From a virus (taxonomy: Duplodnaviria; Caudoviricetes): a DNA stretch of 54,493 bases. The position numbers and the translations under genes are program-made. The notes below the pieces were generated by a model that was not told where the DNA came from, did no database searches, and saw nothing but the letters and a program-made list of their open reading frames with translations. The stretch is from the IMG/VR virus record IMGVR_UViG_3300048996_000054, positions 1 through 54,493 of that record; one strand, written 5' to 3'. Shown here piece after piece: positions 53,152 to 54,493 of the stretch. The stretch's first letter is position 1. Every line of letters begins with the position of its first letter.

Positions 53152-53475
53152 ATGCGTGCTGCCATCATCGCCATCGTCTTTGCCGTTTCAGCACTCGTGA
53201 GCTGGGCCGCGCGAGCCGACCTGATGGTCAAGAGCCAGGAGTCGGGCATCGAGCTGCGCCTGCTGGACGCACCGTGCACCCATGCCCAGACGCTGGCCGG
53301 CATCAAGGAAGAATGGCGCCCCAAGTTCCGCAACGCGCGCATCATGGACGGCAGAGGAACGATCCTGCACTACGGCTGCTGGGTGGAGCACGACGCGGAG
53401 ATCGCCTTCATCATGTTCGATGACGGCAGCAGCACCGGCATGAGCTTGGCGAGCTTCCGCGACTCGTCGATCTAA
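53152..53475 (+). CDS. exported protein with Sec signal peptide
   Basis: MRAAIIAIVFAVSALVSWAARA-D; LLDAPC...GCW; AAGGAG RBS. Confidence 0.7.
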   Translation: MRAAIIAIVFAVSALVSWAARADLMVKSQESGIELRLLDAPCTHAQTLAGIKEEWRPKFRNARIMDGRGTILHYGCWVEHDAEIAFIMFDDGSSTGMSLASFRDSSI

Positions 53476-53582
53476 GAAAGCCGGCCGCACGATGGCGGCC
53501 GGAAGTGTCGCGGCCCACAGGGGGAGAACGTCGGGCCGGTGGTGATTATCCGCAGGTCAGCGCGGCTTGGTGGTGATGAAGA

Positions 53583-54493
53583 TCACGTCGCCAATCTGCG
53601 GTTTGACCAAACCGCGTGCGTAGCAGCCGCGGTATTGCGTCTCGCCTCATCCAAAAAGTACACCACGGGAAGTACATACATCCACTGGAACACGATCGCC
53701 TCTATGTACGGGTTCGTGTTGCTGGCGAAGAAGGCGCAGACAAACCCGCCGTACATGAACCGCTCATGGATCGACAACTGCCCGCGCAGGAGCGGGCGCC
53801 ACCCACGATACAGGGCGAGGACGAACGGGATCGCATAAATGATGGCGCCGATGACGCCGACGCGAAAGACGCTCGCAATCCAAACCATCTCGTAGCGCCA
53901 TGGGGTGAGTTCGTTCACGTAATACCGAACCCCCATTCCGTGCCCTGCGCCCGTGGCCATCGTCTCGCTGACACCCTCAAGCAATGCCATGAACTGAGTC
54001 GACCGCTCCTCGCCGCCGCCGGTACTCAGCTTCTCCAACGTGTTTTCGAGCGGGAGCATGATGTCTATCCCGTACATCTCATTGAGCGCCCAGCCTACTA
54101 GAGATACCACGAGAACGACACCGATACCGCGGACAAACAGTCGACCGACCGCCCTGCCGGCCTGCTTACTTGTGATTCCGTGCAGCGCCCCCAGGAGCGC
54201 GCCGATTGGCACAGCCAGCATGAGGCCGCTGCGCGCAGATGTTAGTGCTACGGCAACGCAGCACCCGATCAGGACCCATCGGACGATTGCGTTCGGGATC
54301 ACCTGCGGAGCAGCAACTAGCCCGCCGAGGATGAAGATGAGCGAGCCGTACACGTACATGCGCGCCCCAACATAACCGTACTCGATGTGGACGTTCGGGT
54401 CGTCAATCATGAACTTGACGGCTTCCTGTCCCCATCGTTCATAGGCCCAGAAATAGAACGCCACCCCAAGGCAGCCCAGCGCGGCACCAACGC
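53583..54493 (-). CDS. C-terminal part of a Wzy/O-antigen polymerase-like polytopic membrane protein (5' truncated)
   Basis: Open to the window end; many TMs; LTSARS, ER..Q, GAGHG, RYE......F.VG.IG, TNPY motifs typical of the Wzy_C/O-antigen ligase clan. Confidence 0.75.
   Translation of the reverse strand, partial: VGAALGCLGVAFYFWAYERWGQEAVKFMIDDPNVHIEYGYVGARMYVYGSLIFILGGLVAAPQVIPNAIVRWVLIGCCVAVALTSARSGLMLAVPIGALLGALHGITSKQAGRAVGRLFVRGIGVVLVVSLVGWALNEMYGIDIMLPLENTLEKLSTGGGEERSTQFMALLEGVSETMATGAGHGMGVRYYVNELTPWRYEMVWIASVFRVGVIGAIIYAIPFVLALYRGWRPLLRGQLSIHERFMYGGFVCAFFASNTNPYIEAIVFQWMYVLPVVYFLDEARRNTAAATHAVWSNRRLAT

Noticed and set aside
48820-53500. BPP-1-type diversity-generating retroelement
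   Set aside because: No reverse transcriptase motif, no avd-like gene, and no adenine-mismatched TR/VR pair seen near either fibre gene.
1-54493. CRISPR array, IS elements, rRNA, LexA box
   Set aside because: No regularly spaced repeat-spacer units, transposase, rRNA-like sequence or convincing CTGT-N8-ACAG promoter site seen by eye; a computational scan could still find weak cases.

Overview
The window looks like an almost complete genome of a temperate, high-GC podovirus. Its morphogenesis module is BPP-1/epsilon15/T7-like and its early region is lambdoid. The host is probably a Burkholderiales bacterium (inference from gene content). It appears to be the excised or virion form: an intact attP (tRNA-Ser-like 3' core with arm repeats on both sides) lies beside a P4-type integrase, and the two window ends carry the N- and C-terminal parts of what is probably one Wzy-like membrane gene, with a short gap between them. 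Gene order: accessory/Wzy; attP-int-xis; leftward early genes (Lar/DUF551, DUF5131, KTSC, YqaJ, RecT); immunity region (five GACA-N4-TGTC operators, short cI, cro, a second XRE regulator, a signal-peptide HNH); O/DnaC replication; nin region; Q-like gene; terminase, portal, scaffold, capsid; tail tube; ejection proteins; tailspike; lysis. Main observations: (1) two covarying copies of a promoter + three-hairpin leader + terminator module at the head of both late gene blocks; (2) a polyvalent ejection protein apparently split in two, with Cys-containing helical ends, around a three-gene cassette encoding a G8/beta-helix fibre; (3) two free-standing HNH genes, each next to an apparently recoded stretch of an essential gene; (4) a cI-linked membrane peptide plus exported HNH nuclease; (5) a phage-encoded Wzy-like seroconversion candidate. 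All family calls come from recognising motifs by eye; no database searches were run.
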